Program-made: the position numbers and the translations under genes
Part shown: one piece after another, positions 12,816 to 26,890 of the stretch
How positions within the stretch are numbered: the stretch's first letter is position 1
How the letters are laid out: each line of letters starts with the position of its first letter
Notes under the pieces: generated by a model
Seen by the model: the letters and a program-made list of their open reading frames with translations, nothing else
What the model was told of the DNA's origin: nothing
Database searches by the model: none
DNA from: Octopus vulgaris
Lineage: Eukaryota
Length of the DNA: 64,000 nucleotides
NCBI GenBank assembly: GCA_951406725.2
Contig: OX597836.1
Location: 14,136,001 to 14,200,000 of the forward strand
Direction: 5' to 3'

Positions 12816-12860
<45 letters not shown>

Positions 12861-13135
12861 AGGTTTGAAAACGCCACTATATAAGATAAATTTTACATGT
12901 TTTGGTTCTTCTTGAAAAAACGAACCTTATCAAAAATATTTTTAAAAGTTAAGTGTAATAAAAAAAAGTTCATAATTGTTTCTTACTAATCTCAACAGAG
13001 TCCACATGGTGATGTTTTGTGTGGGAGGTGGGGGTGGCATAATGGCTGTCTTGTGCGTTGACTAGAATTGTGGGCTGTAATCGTGAAAATGACCGTTGGC
13101 CGTAATAGCGTAGACCATTGGTCATAGTAGTAAAA

Positions 13136-13176
<41 letters not shown>

Positions 13177-13729
13177 TATCTTTCAAAAATTGTTTATGGT
13201 AATGTTTTGAATATGCAAATGAAGCTCCTATTCCATTATGCTACCCACCATCTAATGATGTCATATGATTTGTGGAAACACGTGAAGCGATGAATAAAAT
13301 GTTTATAAATTCCATCCTAGGATAATTTTTATTATTGTGTATGTGTGTGTGTGTATATATATATATATAATCATCATTTAACACCCACTTTTCCATTCCC
13401 ACATTTGCCAGACAATATGCTGAAGCAGTTCTTTTACAGCAGGGTGTCCTTCCTGTCACTAACCCTCACATGTTTCAAAGTAATCCTGTTTTCATGCAAG
13501 ACTGGAAATGATGATGCTCGTTTACAACAATCATGTAATGTTTAGACAAGGCTAATACACACACAAACACACACACACAAACTCATAATTCAAGGGCCTG
13601 ACCTTGTATCAATACACTGCACAAGTGTTGTGGAATACTCAACCGTTTACATGCTAATTCAATGAACGAGGAGCTCAGTTGATCAAACAGCTGAATGTGC
13701 ATCATTAAAAGCAACAGAGATCTACTTGC

Positions 13730-14250
13730 TAAGTGCCCACACTATGTGCCTACGCTCACTGTGTGCCCATGTTGACTAAGTACCCATACTCACTAGCATA
13801 CATGGGTTTCCTATGTACACACTATAACTGTGTGCCTATGCTATATGCTCAGGTTTACTGTTTGTTCATGCTTACTGTAGGCCCACACTATGTGCACACA
13901 GTATATACCCATTCTTATTGTGTGCCCACATTATGTGCCTACATAACGTGCCAGTGGCACTTAAAAAGCACCCACTACACACTCAGAGTGGTTGGCGTTA
14001 GGAAGGGCATCCAGCTGTAGAAACTTTGCCAAATCAAGATTGGAGCCTGGTGCAGCCATCTGGCTCGCCAGTCCTCAGTCAAAATCGTCCAACCCATGCT
14101 AGCATGGAAAGCGGACGTTAAGCGATGATGATGATGATCTATGTAACCACACTCACAATATGCCCATATTTCCTATGGGCACATGCTTACCATTCACCCA
14201 TCCTTCCTACAGACACACGTTTCCTATGTGCACATATTACTTACATAAAT
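13730..14250 (+). repeat. Degenerate about 16-20 bp minisatellite (CTATGTGCCCACA-like) interrupted by SINE B
   Basis: Repeated (c)tatgtgcc(c/t)acac units; SINE B at 13947-14137. Confidence 0.6.
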
Positions 14251-14630
14251 GAATGACAACAAGTTTGCACCTAGAACATTCCCTTCCTAGGAAACAATTC
14301 TGGGTAAGGTTGTTTATAGAAGACCAGCAATCACCCATGCATACCAGCGCTCCCTCTCCACTTCATTGATGTTATCCAAGGGAAAGGCAGAGGCCGATAC
14401 AGTTTGACACCAGTGACATTGCAATTCATTTCCATGGAGCAATGTGAAATAAAGTGCCCTGCTCAAGAACACAACATACAACCCAGTCCAGGAATCAAAC
14501 TCACAACCTCACGATCGTAAGGTCAACACCCTAACCATAAGTTTAGTAATCAGCTCATGTTTCCTATGGACACACATGCTATTTAAATGTAATCCAATAC
14601 ATCTAGAGTCAACAATTTCTATGACTGTAT

Positions 14631-14770
14631 GAAGGGCATCCAGCTGTAGAAACTCTGCCAGATCAAGATTTGAGCCTGGTGCAGCCATCTGGCTCGCCAG
14701 TCCTCAGTCAAAATCGTCCAACCCATGCTAGCATGGAAAGCGGATGTTAAACGATGATGATGATGATGAT
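14631..14770 (+). mobile_element. SINE family B 3' fragment
   Basis: Near-identical to 14002-14137; (GAT)n tail. Confidence 0.8.
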
Positions 14771-15524
14771 GTATGAATGAATGAGTTAGCTGATATCAGT
14801 ACAAGTTTTAAAACAAAACTACAATTTAGATAGGATGTCTAAATTATACCTGCACAATAAATCAAAGAAAAATACAGCATAAAAGATAACAGTGTCACTG
14901 ATGATGATGATGATGATGATGGAAATGGTGGTAGTGATGATGATGATGATGATGATGCAGTTATATTTACATTAAGTGTTTATTTTTTTTGCAACAGTGC
15001 AGGATTTTTTTCAAGGTCTTTTTTGCACAAGACATTTCTCTTGGTAACGGCACAAAGATTAAGTTTCTACCTTCATTTTGGTTCAATGTGTTTTATTTTA
15101 TTTTTTTTTTGTTTTCTGTTTCTTAATAACAGTTGTTGTTATTGGTGATGATGATGATGATGCTGATGATGATGCTGATGATGATGCTGACAAACGAGTG
15201 GTGTGTTTGTGGGTGTGGTGGTGGTGGGGGGGCGGGGTATGCAATCGGTGTTGCTGCTGAAAGATGACGTGGAGGAGAGGATGATGAAGAGAAGAAAAAG
15301 CTGGTGGTGATGATGCTATTGTTGATGTCGTGGAAGTGATGATGATGACACTGTTGCTTATGATGTAGTAGAATTAACGATGACGTTGATAATGTGTAAT
15401 AATAATCTTTACTATAGGCACAAGGTCTGACAGATTGGAGGGGAGGGGACCAGCTGATTACATCTACCCTGGTGCTGGACTGGTTTTATCAACCTCCAAA
15501 AGATGAAAGACAAAGTTGATATTC

Positions 15525-15914
15525 TCTTTGCTCTTTTACTTGTTTCAGTCATTTGACTGTGGCCATACTAGAGCACCGCCTTTAGCCGAGCAAATCGACC
15601 CCGGAACTTATTCTTTGTAAGCCTAGTACTTATTCTATCGGTCTCTTTTGCCAAACTGCTAAGTTACGGGGACGTAAACACACCAGCATCAGTTGTCAAG
15701 CGATGTTGGGGGGACAAACACAGACACACACATATATATATACATATATACGACTGGCTTCTTTTCAGTTTCCGTCTGCCAGATCCATTCACAAGGCTTT
15801 GGTTGGCGTGAGGCTATAGTAGAAGACACCTGCCCAAGGTGCCACGCAGTGGGACTGAGCCCGGAACGATGTGGTTGGTAAGCAAGCTACTTACCACACA
15901 GCCATTCCTGCACC
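15525..15914 (-). mobile_element. SINE family A, full length
   Basis: Homology to 663-1052. Confidence 0.85.
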
Positions 15915-17109
15915 TGATCTTAGCAAAATTTGAACTCAGAACGTAAAGCTTGGCGAATTGCCACCAAGCATTTTGTCCAGCCTTGCTAACGATTGTGTCA
16001 GCTCGCCACCTAAATAATAATAGTAATAATAATAATCCTTTCTACTATGGGCACAAGGGCTGAAATTTGGTGGGGAGAGGACTAGTCAATTACATCAATC
16101 CCAGTGTTTCATTGGAACTTAATTTATAAACCCCGAAAGGATGAAAGACAAAGGTGACCTCGGCAGAATTTGAACTCAGACCATAAAGACAGGTGAAATA
16201 ATGCCAATCATTTCATCTAGCGTGCTAACGATTCTGCCAGCTCGCCACCATAATAATAATAATAATAATAATAAGCTTTTCTTTCTTATTGTTCAAAGAC
16301 CGACAGATGAGGGCATATCATAATATAAGAACATGTTACAAAACTGTTGGGGTTTGAATTGAATACAGAAGAAAGACAGGAAATGACAACAATACAAGTG
16401 TATATGGCATGAAATTTCATAATGAAGCATTCCCATGGGGTCAATCAGGTGACCCCTGCCCCCACAAGCAATGGATAACCTATACTGTCGAGTGGAAGTG
16501 TCCTCTCTCTCTCTCTCAACTATTTCCCAACCAATAAGCATAATACAGAGCGCAGGAATATTCACTCAGGCCATATTTGTCACTCTTACCCACCTTTCAG
16601 CATATTTACTGGAGGGTAGCACCATTCACTCACCACCTTCCTGCTCTTTAAATAAATTTGGAGAAGTTGATGAGGGCTTCAGTCCTTTCTATCTTGTCCA
16701 TCGTGCAAGCAACCATTTTCTACATAGGGCCCGTGGTTGAATGATGGAGGAAGCCCATGATGATGAAGATGATGGTGGTGGTGATAGTGATGGTAATAGT
16801 AACAATGATGATGGAAGTCGTGATGATGATGACAACGACGATGATGCTATTGTTGCCAAGACAGTAGTGATGATGGTGGGGGTGATAGAGGAGAAGGAGG
16901 TGGTGCTTCTGCTGCACCCATAGAGTTTATTACTACAACACAGATATGAGCCAAATATTCACATCTCTTACCCACCAACACCACCACCAATATTGCTGCC
17001 TACCCACCCAGCCACCCTTCAGCATAAGATTGCAAGAATGATCAACATTCACAGTTGTTCAGTTTACTTCTCCTTCGTTTGTTTACATTCTCTCTATTGC
17101 TGTTTATTT

Positions 17110-17922
17110 GGTGAGGGCTGCAAGCTGGCGGAAGTGTCAGCACGCTGGACAAAAACACTTGGCAGCATTTCGTCCCATCTTTACATTCAGAGTTCAAATT
17201 CTGCCAAGGAAGACTTTACTTTTCATCCTTTCGGGGTCGATTAAATAAGTACCAATTATGTAGTGGGGGTCGATGTAATCAACTAGCTTCCTACCCCCAG
17301 AAATTTCAGGTCATGCATACAGTAGAAAAGATTATTACTATTATTATTATTATTATTATTAAGGTGGCAAGCTGGCAGAATCGTTAGCGTGCTGGGCAAA
17401 ATGCTAAGTGGCATTTCACCTGTTGCTATATTCTGAGTTCAAATTCCATTGAGGTCGACTTTGCCTTTCATCCTTTCGGGGTCAATAAGGGTCTATGTGA
17501 TCAACTAGTTCCCTCCCCACTAATTTGAGGCCTTGTACTTCCAGTAGAGGCACACGGGGCAAAACGCTTAGCGCTATTTCACCTGCCGTTACGTTCTGAG
17601 TTCAAACTCCGCCGAGGTTGACTTTGCCTTTCATCCTTTCGGTGTCGATTAAATAAGTACCAGTTACGCACTGGGGTCGATGTAATCGACTTAATCCCTT
17701 TGTCTGTCCTTGTTTGTCCCCTCTATGTTCAGCCCCTTGTAAGCAATAAAGAAATACATTTCATCTATCGTTATGTTTTGAGTTCAAATTCCAATGGGAT
17801 CGACTTTGTCTTTCATCCTTTCATGATCAATAAGTTGAGTGCCAGTTGTGTACTGGGGCTCGATATAATCAAACTAGCCTCCTACCCTCAAAATTCCAGG
17901 CCTTGTGCATAGAATAGAAAGG

Positions 17923-17959
<37 letters not shown>

Positions 17960-18395
17960 CAGTAAGTTGGCAGAATCATTAGCACGCCAGACAAAATGCA
18001 GCTAAGCACTTTTTCTGTCTTTACGGTCTGAGTTCAAATTCTGTCGAGGTTGGCTTTGCCGGTCTTCCTTTCGGGATCAATGAAAAAGATACCAGTGAAG
18101 CACTGGGGGTAACTGTAATCGATTTAGCCCCTCCCCACAAAATTTCAGACTCTGTGCCTATAGTGAAAAGGATTATCATTTTTGTTATCAATGTAGCAAG
18201 CTGGCAGAATCATTAGCAACCCAGATGAAATGCTTCACTGCATTTTGTGAGTCCTTACATTTTGAGTTCAAATTCTACCAAGGTCAACTTTGCCGTTTAT
18301 ATTTTCCAATCAAATAAGTACCAGTTGAGCGCTGGAATTGATGTAATCGACTTCCCTACCACTCAAAATTGCTGGTCTAGAGCCAAATTAAGAAA
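17110..18395 (+). mobile_element. Head-to-tail cluster of about 6 SINE family C copies separated by (TTA)n
   Basis: Repeated GAGTTCAAATTC..GACTTTGCCTTTCATCC body. Confidence 0.75.
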
Positions 18396-18764
18396 GAATT
18401 GCTGTTTGTTTTGTGGTTTTAGACTTAATGCATCAGAGTAAGGATGTTTTTCTATGCATGTGGTGTACACGAATACAGGCCCAGTTAATCTACATGCACA
18501 TAAGCATACACATACACACATCTATTAACATGTACATACACACACACACACTCATGTTTCCACATGCACACATTTACACATGCAATTTGTGTATATTACA
18601 GAAAACCATATGCATGTTTACATCCTTACATCAACATGCAAACATCTACATATCCACACACACACACACACACACTAAGCATGTGTATAGATGAGCTTGT
18701 GTGTGTGTGCATACATGGTGAATATGCACATGTAGAAGTGTATGGATATATATATGTGTGTGTG

Positions 18765-19069
18765 TGGAGGCGCAATGGCCCAGTGGTTAGGGGAGCGGAC
18801 TTGTGGTTGTAGGATCGTGGTTTCGATTCCCAGACCGGGCATTGTGAGTATTTATTGAGCGAAAACACCTAAAGCTCCACAAGGCTCCAGCAGGGAGTGG
18901 TAGCGATCCCTGCTGTACTCTTTCGCCACAACTTTCTCTCACTCTTCCTTCTGTAGGCCTGCCCGCTTAGCCAGCGGGGTGGCGTCATTTGAAGGCTAAA
19001 ACAATGTGAAGCGCATTGTGACCAGCGATGTGTAGCAACATCAGATAGCCTGGTCAGTCACGTGGTCAC
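18765..19069 (+). mobile_element. SINE family D, tail type 1
   Basis: GGAGGCGCAATGGCCCAGTGGTTAG..GTTTCGATTCCC tRNA-like head; tail ..GATAGCCTGGTC(G/A)GTCACG. Confidence 0.85.
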
Positions 19070-19116
19070 GATATATATATATATACATCTATATACACAC
19101 ACATATATATATATAC

Positions 19117-19189
<73 letters not shown>

Positions 19190-19699
19190 TATATACATAT
19201 ATATATATACCTGGGTTCGTTTTGAAGTGTGGATGTCTGCATACATGGTGTGTTGTAGATGTGCATGAGTGACGTAAATGCACATGTAGATGTTTGTGAG
19301 CGTTCTGAACATGCATGTTATATATTGTGCATGTGCATCACAAGTGTTGCAGATCTGTATGTTGTGTGTTGTGAATGTGCATACATGTATGCATGTTGTG
19401 CACATGCATGCTGTAAATTTGTAATATATGAGAGGTGGTGGTTGATAAATAGCTGGAATTATTTTGTTATTTTTTGGGGTGAGGAGAATGCATTCCAACC
19501 GATGCCACCGTTTGTTTAAACCTGCAGCAGCTCAACATAAAATTCCTGCAGCACCAGTGTGCCAAGCTAAAAATACAGGTAGTAAGATAGACAGATAGAG
19601 AGAAAGAGAGAGAGGGTGTAAGAGAGAAAGCAGGGAAGTGTGTGAAAGAGAGAGAGACTGAGAGAAAGGAAGAATGATGCAGTAGAAAGCAACAAACTG

Positions 19700-20075
19700 A
19701 ACTGAAAATGTGCCAAGAAGGAAACTATAATGTCACCACCCATTATTTCCAGAGAATATAAACATCAATGGAGAAGTTCTTAGGCAGATAAGTTCAAAAA
19801 TGTCGCTAGAAGCTGGGATCACCAAGCATAGATTGGCATATTTCGGTCATATTATGCGGAGAGAATCCCTGGAGAAGGACATCATGCTCAGAAATGGTCA
19901 GTGGCAAGAGAGGAAGAGGCCAACCAAGAACCCGCTGGCTTGACACCATCAGGAGTGATACCGGAATGGACATGGCCAGTCTGAAGGAAGCGGCCCAGGA
20001 TAGAACTGACTGGAGGTCACTGATCCAACGAGTGACCGAGTGTTGACTTTGACTGAGCGGATAGAGAGAGAGAGA
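19700..20075 (+). pseudogene. RTE-clade LINE 3' end (BovB-like), internally deleted
   Basis: EVLRQISSKMSLEAGITKHRLAYFGHIMRRESLEKDIML/VSGKRGRGQPRTRWLDTI..DRTDWRSLI; (GA)n tail. Confidence 0.85.
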
Positions 20076-20403
20076 TATGTATACCCACATATATTCCCGT
20101 ATCCCCAGTTCTCAAATAACCATTCTTAGCCTTTCGGTCACCATTGTCCCCTTTCCAAATCTACACCTACCGCACACAAAGACCCACTACTACCACTACC
20201 ACATAGTTACCACTGGTACAGTGGTTGGTCAAAGAGTAGAGGAAGTGAAGCGGTTACGAGGTCTTGTCTTACCAAGGACCATCCAACCTCTCTTGTGCTA
20301 GTATCATGAGAAATTACACCCATTACACACTATACAGTGGTTGGCAATAGGAAGGGCAGCCAGCTGTAACATCGCCATATATATATATATATATATATAT
20401 ATG

Positions 20404-20706
20404 TGGAGGCGCAATGGCCCAGTGGTTAGGACAGCGGACTCGCGGTCGTAGGATTGCGGTTTCAATTCCCAGGCCGAGTGTTGTGAGTGTTTATTGAGCG
20501 AAAACACCTAAAGCTCCACGAGGCTCCGGCAGGGGGTGGTGGCGAACCCTGCTGTACTCTTTCGCCACAACTTCCTCTCACTCTTTCTTCTGTTGGCCTG
20601 CTCGCTTAGCCAACAGGGTGGTGTCATTTGAAGGCTAAAACAATGTGAAGCGCATTGTGACCAGCGATGTGTAGCAACATCTGATAGCCTGGTCGGTCAC
20701 GGTGAG
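20404..20706 (+). mobile_element. SINE family D, tail type 1
   Basis: Near-identical to 18765; sits within (TA)n. Confidence 0.85.
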
Positions 20707-20964
20707 ATATATATATATATATATATGGGTATTAAATGAGGATGAGGATGATAGACAGATGTAGACAAAGCTGTATAGTCAAGAAGTTCATTTCACAAGC
20801 ATATAGTTCCAGGGTTCAAACCCAACTGCAAGGCAATTTGGAAGGTGTCTTCAAATCAGGAACTCAGATTGAGATTTGCACATACAAGCATGCATGTATA
20901 TATGAGGAGTTGTTTCTTTATGTCATAAAGGTAAAATATAACCATTTGCTGGAGATCAGTGGAT

Positions 20965-21295
20965 AAGCTCAGTGGTTAGAGAGTCAAGCTCACAATCATG
21001 AGTTTGTGAGTTCAATACCCGGACCAGGTTGTTTGTTGTGTTCTTGAGCAAGACTCATTATTTCACGTTGCTCCATTTCACTCCTCTACAGAAATGAGTT
21101 GCGATGTCACTGGTGCCAAGCTGTATCGGCCCCTTTGCCTTTCCCTTGGATAACATCAGTGGCGTGGAGAGGGAAGGCTGGTATGCATGGGCGGCTGTTG
21201 GCCTTCCATAAACAACCTTGCCCAGACTTGTACCTCAGAGAGTAACTTTCCTGGTGCAATACCATGGTCATTCATGACCGAAGGGGGTCTTTACC
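20965..21295 (+). mobile_element. SINE family E
   Basis: Homology to 23218 and 58017. Confidence 0.8.
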
Positions 21296-21758
21296 ATTAC
21301 CAGATAAGCACTCGTGTCGATTTGATTGACTTAAACTCTTAAAAGAAGAAGTGATCCTGTATGGCCACAGTTCACTCACCGACTGAAATCAGCAACAGAA
21401 TTAGATATGATCTGAAATAGCGTGAGAAGTGCAGTGTTGAATGTTCAAGCACTTGCAGATGGCAAAAACTTATTACATACGTACTTAAAGGAAAGAGAGG
21501 AAAAAAATGTGAACAAAATATGTGAGAGAAAAAAAAGAGAAGAGAGAAAGAAAACACTGCCAAAATATAGGCCAAAAGTCATGGAGTGGATGCTGAAGGT
21601 GGGGAAGCGTACGGAAGGATTTGAAATTTCTGATCTCTTTAAGAATTGAAATGATAAATTTTTTTTTTTTTAAAAAGATAACAACCAGAAATTAATAAGT
21701 TAGAGTATTTCATCAAGCTGAACCCCAATGTTGAGGAAGATTTTCTTATCATTGGGAT

Positions 21759-22155
21759 GGGAACGGAAGCACTCCGTCGGTTACGACGATGAGGGTTCCG
21801 GTTGATCCGAATCAACGGAACAGCCTGCTCATGAAATTAACGTGTAAGTGGCTGAGCACTCCACAGACACGTGTACCCTTAACGTAGTTCTCGGGGGATA
21901 TTCAGCGTGACACAGAGAGTGACAAGGCCGGCCCCTTTGAAATACAGGTACAACAGAAACAGGAAGTAAGAGTGAGAGAGAAAGTTGTGGTGAAAGAGTA
22001 CAGCAGGGATCACCCCCCCCCCCCTGCCGGAGCCTCGTGGAGCTTTTAGGTGTTTTCGCTCAATAAACACTCACAACGCCCGGTCTGGGAATCGAAACCG
22101 TGATCCTACAACCGTGAGTTCGCTGCCCTAACCACTGGGCCATTGCGCCTCCACT
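21759..22155 (-). mobile_element. SINE family D, tail type 2, with 13-bp TSD
   Basis: TSD TTATCATTGGGAT at 21746-21758 and 22156-22168. Confidence 0.85.
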
Positions 22156-22430
22156 TTATCATTGGGATACCCTTCCTGTCACCAACACTCACTCATTCCC
22201 TTAGCAAGGTATGTTTTCTACAGAAGACTAGAAACAAACAAATATTGCTTGTATGATGGTGATGTTCATTTACAACTATCAAGTGATATCAAGACAAGGG
22301 CACAAACATACACATTTTTGTGTGACAGGCAAAGTCGACCTCAGCAGAATTTGAACTCAGAACGTATCGACAAGCAAAATACTGCTAAGCATTTGATCCA
22401 GCAAGCTAATGATTCAGCCAGTTCACCACC

Positions 22431-22463
<33 letters not shown>

Positions 22464-22681
22464 TCTTCAGATTTAGGCACAAGGCTAGCAATTTCTGGAT
22501 AGGGGTTATGTCGATTATATCGACCCCAGTCCTCAACATGCTCTTATTTTATCAACTCCGAGAGGACGAAAGGTGAAGTCAACCTCGGCAGTATTTGAAC
22601 TCAGGACGAAAAGAGACAAAATGCTACTAAAAAGTGAGTATATACACATATATGTATACACAACCACACACATATGTGTAG

Positions 22682-22713
<32 letters not shown>

Positions 22714-23217
22714 CACGTGTAAATATATACACACATTTGTGCAAATACATACACAATCAACAGTACTGAGATATAGCAATGAAGGAATTGCTACGTAGTT
22801 GCTTGACTTGCTAGAAATAGTATCCAAATTACCTCCAATCACATCCCTACTTTATGTCTCTTAACAAAAACAAGAAATACATTAGATCAGAAAGTTCTAG
22901 ATATTTCCTTAAAAAAAAACAAAAAAAAAAACTAAGAGTTGGTCGGTCAAGGCAAGACTGTCTTTCGACATAAGTTTATTTAACCAGGACTAACAATACA
23001 AACAAAAAAACACAAGCAGGTTTATATATATAATATATATGTATATATATATATATATATACACACACAAACAATTATTACCACGACCAGCACAATTATA
23101 AATATAAATTGCAACACCACTCTAGATACATAATTCATTAAGATAGACTTTCTGGCACCAAATAGTTTTTCTGCAGCTATTAGAATGCTACACATTATAT
23201 ATATAGATGTGTGTGTG

Positions 23218-23535
23218 TGAAGGCGCACGGCTCAGTGGTTAGAGTGTCGAACTTACAACCGTGAGGTTGTGTGTTCGAATCTCAGACCAGGCTGCGTGTT
23301 GTGTTCTTGAGCAAGACACTTCATTTCACGTTGCTCCAGTTCACTCAGCTGTAGAAATGGGTTGTGACGTCACTGGTGCCAAGCTGTATCGAACCCTTTG
23401 CCTTTCCATGGAGAGGGGAGGCCAGTATGCATGAGCGACTGCTAGTCTTCCATAAACAACCTTGCCTGAACTTGTGCCTTGGAGGGTAACCTTCTAGGTG
23501 CAATCCCATGGTCATTCATGACTGAAGGGCATCTC
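23218..23535 (+). mobile_element. SINE family E
   Basis: GAAGGCGCACGGCTCAGTGGTTAGAG head, GTTCGAATC B-box. Confidence 0.8.
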
Positions 23536-23896
23536 AGATATATATATATATATATATATATATATTCGGGTGTAATACACACACACATAATTAAAAGAGA
23601 ATAAGGGAGACGTTGAGTTTTACTGATGGTATCCCAGCATGGCCACAGCATTTGGGCTGAAATGCGTAAAAAAGTGTTTGTGGATGCATATATGTGTATA
23701 TTATATATATAAATAGTAATGCAATACGAGAGTATTGCTTTCCAGTAAAGGATAGCCCATGAAGCTATACATTAGCGTCGTATTTATTACGTTCGCTATT
23801 TTCCAGTAGATATCGGTGCTTCGTTGTACCATTTATTTACTTTTATGTATATTTATATATATATATATTATATATAGAGATATACATGTATAAATA

Positions 23897-23938
<42 letters not shown>

Positions 23939-24993
23939 CGTATATATACACATATATATATAAATGTATATGTGTGTGTATACATGTGTATGTATATGTG
24001 TGTGTGTATATATTTATTTGAAATCATAATTTTTACATGGACACTCGTTTGAACTCTGCACAGTAGAGTAGTACTTTTGGTAGAATCTGCAAGCTTGACT
24101 ATCAATAAGTAACAGTTGGTGGTTATTTCCTTCTTGAAACAACAGCGGCTATTTATAGGTGCTGCTGTTTGAACCAGGCTAAGTATCCAGTGAGTGTGCA
24201 TATGTGTGCGTGCATGTGTGTGTGTTAGTGCATGTAGGCATGTATGTGTGTGTGTGTGAGTGCATGTGAGAGAGAAAAAGATTGTGTGTACTAGGCCTTT
24301 TATGAACGCAATAGCTACTGGCACCAGAGCTCCTGTACCACCTTCTAGTCGGGGAAATCGGTCTAAGGCTTTGTAAGCCTAGTACTTATCCTATTGGTCT
24401 ATTTTGCTGAACCACAAAGTTACGGGACATAAACACACCAACATCGGTTGTCAAGCGATGACGGGGGGGGGGGGGCAGTTACATAAATATACACACACAC
24501 ACACACACACACGATGAGTTTCTTTCTGTTTCTGTCGACCAAATCCACTCACAAGGCCTTGGTTGGCCCGAAGCTATGGTAGAAGGCACTTGCCCAAGGT
24601 GCCACGCGGTGGGACTGAGCCCAGAACCATGTGGTCGGGAAGCAAGCTAATTACCACACAGCCATGCCTGCGCGTAGCAATACTTTTCTTTTTTTAATTT
24701 TCAGCTCGCTTTGCAATCACATGGTTTCTGGTTCAGTCCTATAGGGTAGCACACCTTGGGCAAGTCTCTTCTACAATAGCCCCTGGCTAACCGATCAATG
24801 CCTTATGAATGAATTTGGCAGACAGAAATCATGTAGCAGTCTTTCGCGCGCGTAAGTTTGTTCCCCTGACCAACATTTGACAACCAGTGTTGGTTTGTTT
24901 ACGTCTCTGTAATCTATCAGTTAGGCAAGAGACCGATAAAATAAATGGTACCTGTTTTTTTTTGCAAATACGGGTACGGGAAGATGCGATCTG

Positions 24994-25148
24994 GGCGATC
25001 CTTCGGTATAGGTACCGTAAGTGGCTTTGTTTACATTTCTGATAACAGAAACCTTTTTCTCTCACCCCTAACCCTAACCCCCCATATATATATATATATA
25101 AAAAACACTTTCTTGAAATGTATCCGGTACCTATACCGAAGTTACGCC
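24994..25148. mobile_element. MITE, GG-terminal TIRs, 8-bp TSD (Merlin-like), inside SINE A
   Basis: TIRs GGCGATCCTTCGGTATAGGTACCG / CGGTACCTATACCGAAGTTACGCC; TSD GCGATCTG. Confidence 0.8.
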
Positions 25149-25464
25149 GCGATCTGTTTGACTAAAACCCTTCAAATCGGTTCCTTCCAGCAGGGCTGCC
25201 GTCCAATGACTGAAGCAAGTAAGATAGGAGGTCACAAATATTCCCACTTATAATCAAATAAGCTTCTAGAAAGACACATGTCAGATTCCTAATGGATCAA
25301 GTTGATGTAAAAAAAAAAAGGAACCTACTAACACACACGTCACTTTATAACAGCCATGAAGCCTTATGTAAATATGTAGGAGGGCAAGGGAATACAACTT
25401 TTACAAGAGCATAAGCGACACAACTGAATCGAAACCAGGTTACAGAATCTAGCATGGTCGTCCA

Positions 25465-25474
25465 TATACATATG

Positions 25475-25528
<54 letters not shown>

Positions 25529-25743
25529 TACATATACATATATAAATATATATATACACACACACATACATATATATACATATATAAATATATATATACA
25601 CACACACATATATATATACATATATAAATATATATATACACATACATATATATAAATATATATATATATACACATACATATATATAAATATATATATATA
25701 TACACATACATATATATAAATATATATATATATATACACAAAC

Positions 25744-25774
<31 letters not shown>

Positions 25775-26248
25775 TATATATAAATATATATATACACACA
25801 CACATATATATAAATATATATATACACACACACATATATAAATATATATATACACACACACATATAAATATATATATACACACACACATATATAAATATA
25901 TATATATACACACACATATATATAAATATATATATACACACACACATATATAAATATATATATACACACACATATATATAAATATATATATACACACACA
26001 TATAAATATATATATACACACATATAAATATATATATACACACACATATATATATATATATATACACAAACATATATATAAATATATATATATACACACA
26101 CATATATATAAATATATATACATACACACACATATATATAAATATATATACACATATATATACAAACACACACACACACACATATATATATACACAAACA
26201 CACACACACATATATATATATATACACACACACACTCATACATATATG
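25465..26248. repeat. Compound (TA)n/(CA)n microsatellite with about 26-30 bp higher-order unit
   Basis: Repeating ACACACATATATATAAATATATAT unit. Confidence 0.95.
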
Positions 26249-26249
26249 C

Positions 26250-26400
26250 ACGCCACATTTAGACCGGAAGTATTTGCAATGTACATAAGTCCACATGCAA
26301 TTAGTGGTTTTCATTTGACAAGCTGACAGGAGAGCGAACAGACAAGGGAGGTAAGCCGGAAGCCTTAGTTTACTCAACAGAAGCGGCAACATATGTAGAA
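26250..26400. promoter_or_regulatory. Candidate promoter / first-exon segment with ETS sites
   Basis: ACCGGAAGT 26263-26271, CCGGAAG 26356-26362, GAG|GTAAGC donor at 26351; CpG retained. Confidence 0.3.
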
Positions 26401-26890
26401 AAATGATTGATAAAATATTTCAATTCTGCTGTCGTCTCGTCTCAACATTTCATATTCTTAGTTGTTCGTGGTTTTTTTTTTTTTCCTTTCTTTTTTGAAG
26501 AGAGGGAGGTTTCTAATCAGTATTTTTTTGCTATAATTTTTCCTGCTTGTTTCGTTTTATTTAAGCAAAATAAAAAATTAATACAACCTGCTGTGAAATT
26601 AATAGATGGGACGGAGGGGTGATTAAAAGGAAAGAGGAAGAGTTATGAAGGATGAAAGAGGGATAAGGATAAAGGAAAAGAGATGGGAAAATAAATAAAA
26701 TAGCAACAGAAGAGAGAGAAAAGAATAAACGAAGAAATGTAAAGACAGTTAAATTCTTTAGACGGAGAAAGAAAATGAAAACTATTCAATATAAGGAATG
26801 AAAAAAAAATATTTGTTATTTGCCCACCTTTTCATTCTAATAAGTTACTACAAACAGAATTTATTATCTAGCAATTAGAGCCAAAAATTT

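Noticed and set aside
16630-16720. Possible minus-strand exon ending GTG|gtgagt
   Set aside because: Weak acceptor, stops in all frames, no supporting context
18765-18840. tRNA-like sequences at SINE heads
   Set aside because: A/B boxes are present, but there is no proper acceptor stem or terminator, and they continue into SINE bodies
25066-25080. CCCTAA telomeric repeat
   Set aside because: Only about 2 units, internal to a MITE; not a telomere or fusion site
25345-26392. 270-340 aa ORFs (YIYICVC..)
   Set aside because: Stop-free translation of a TA/CA microsatellite; the same applies at 19058-19498, 53253-54450 and 62334-62754
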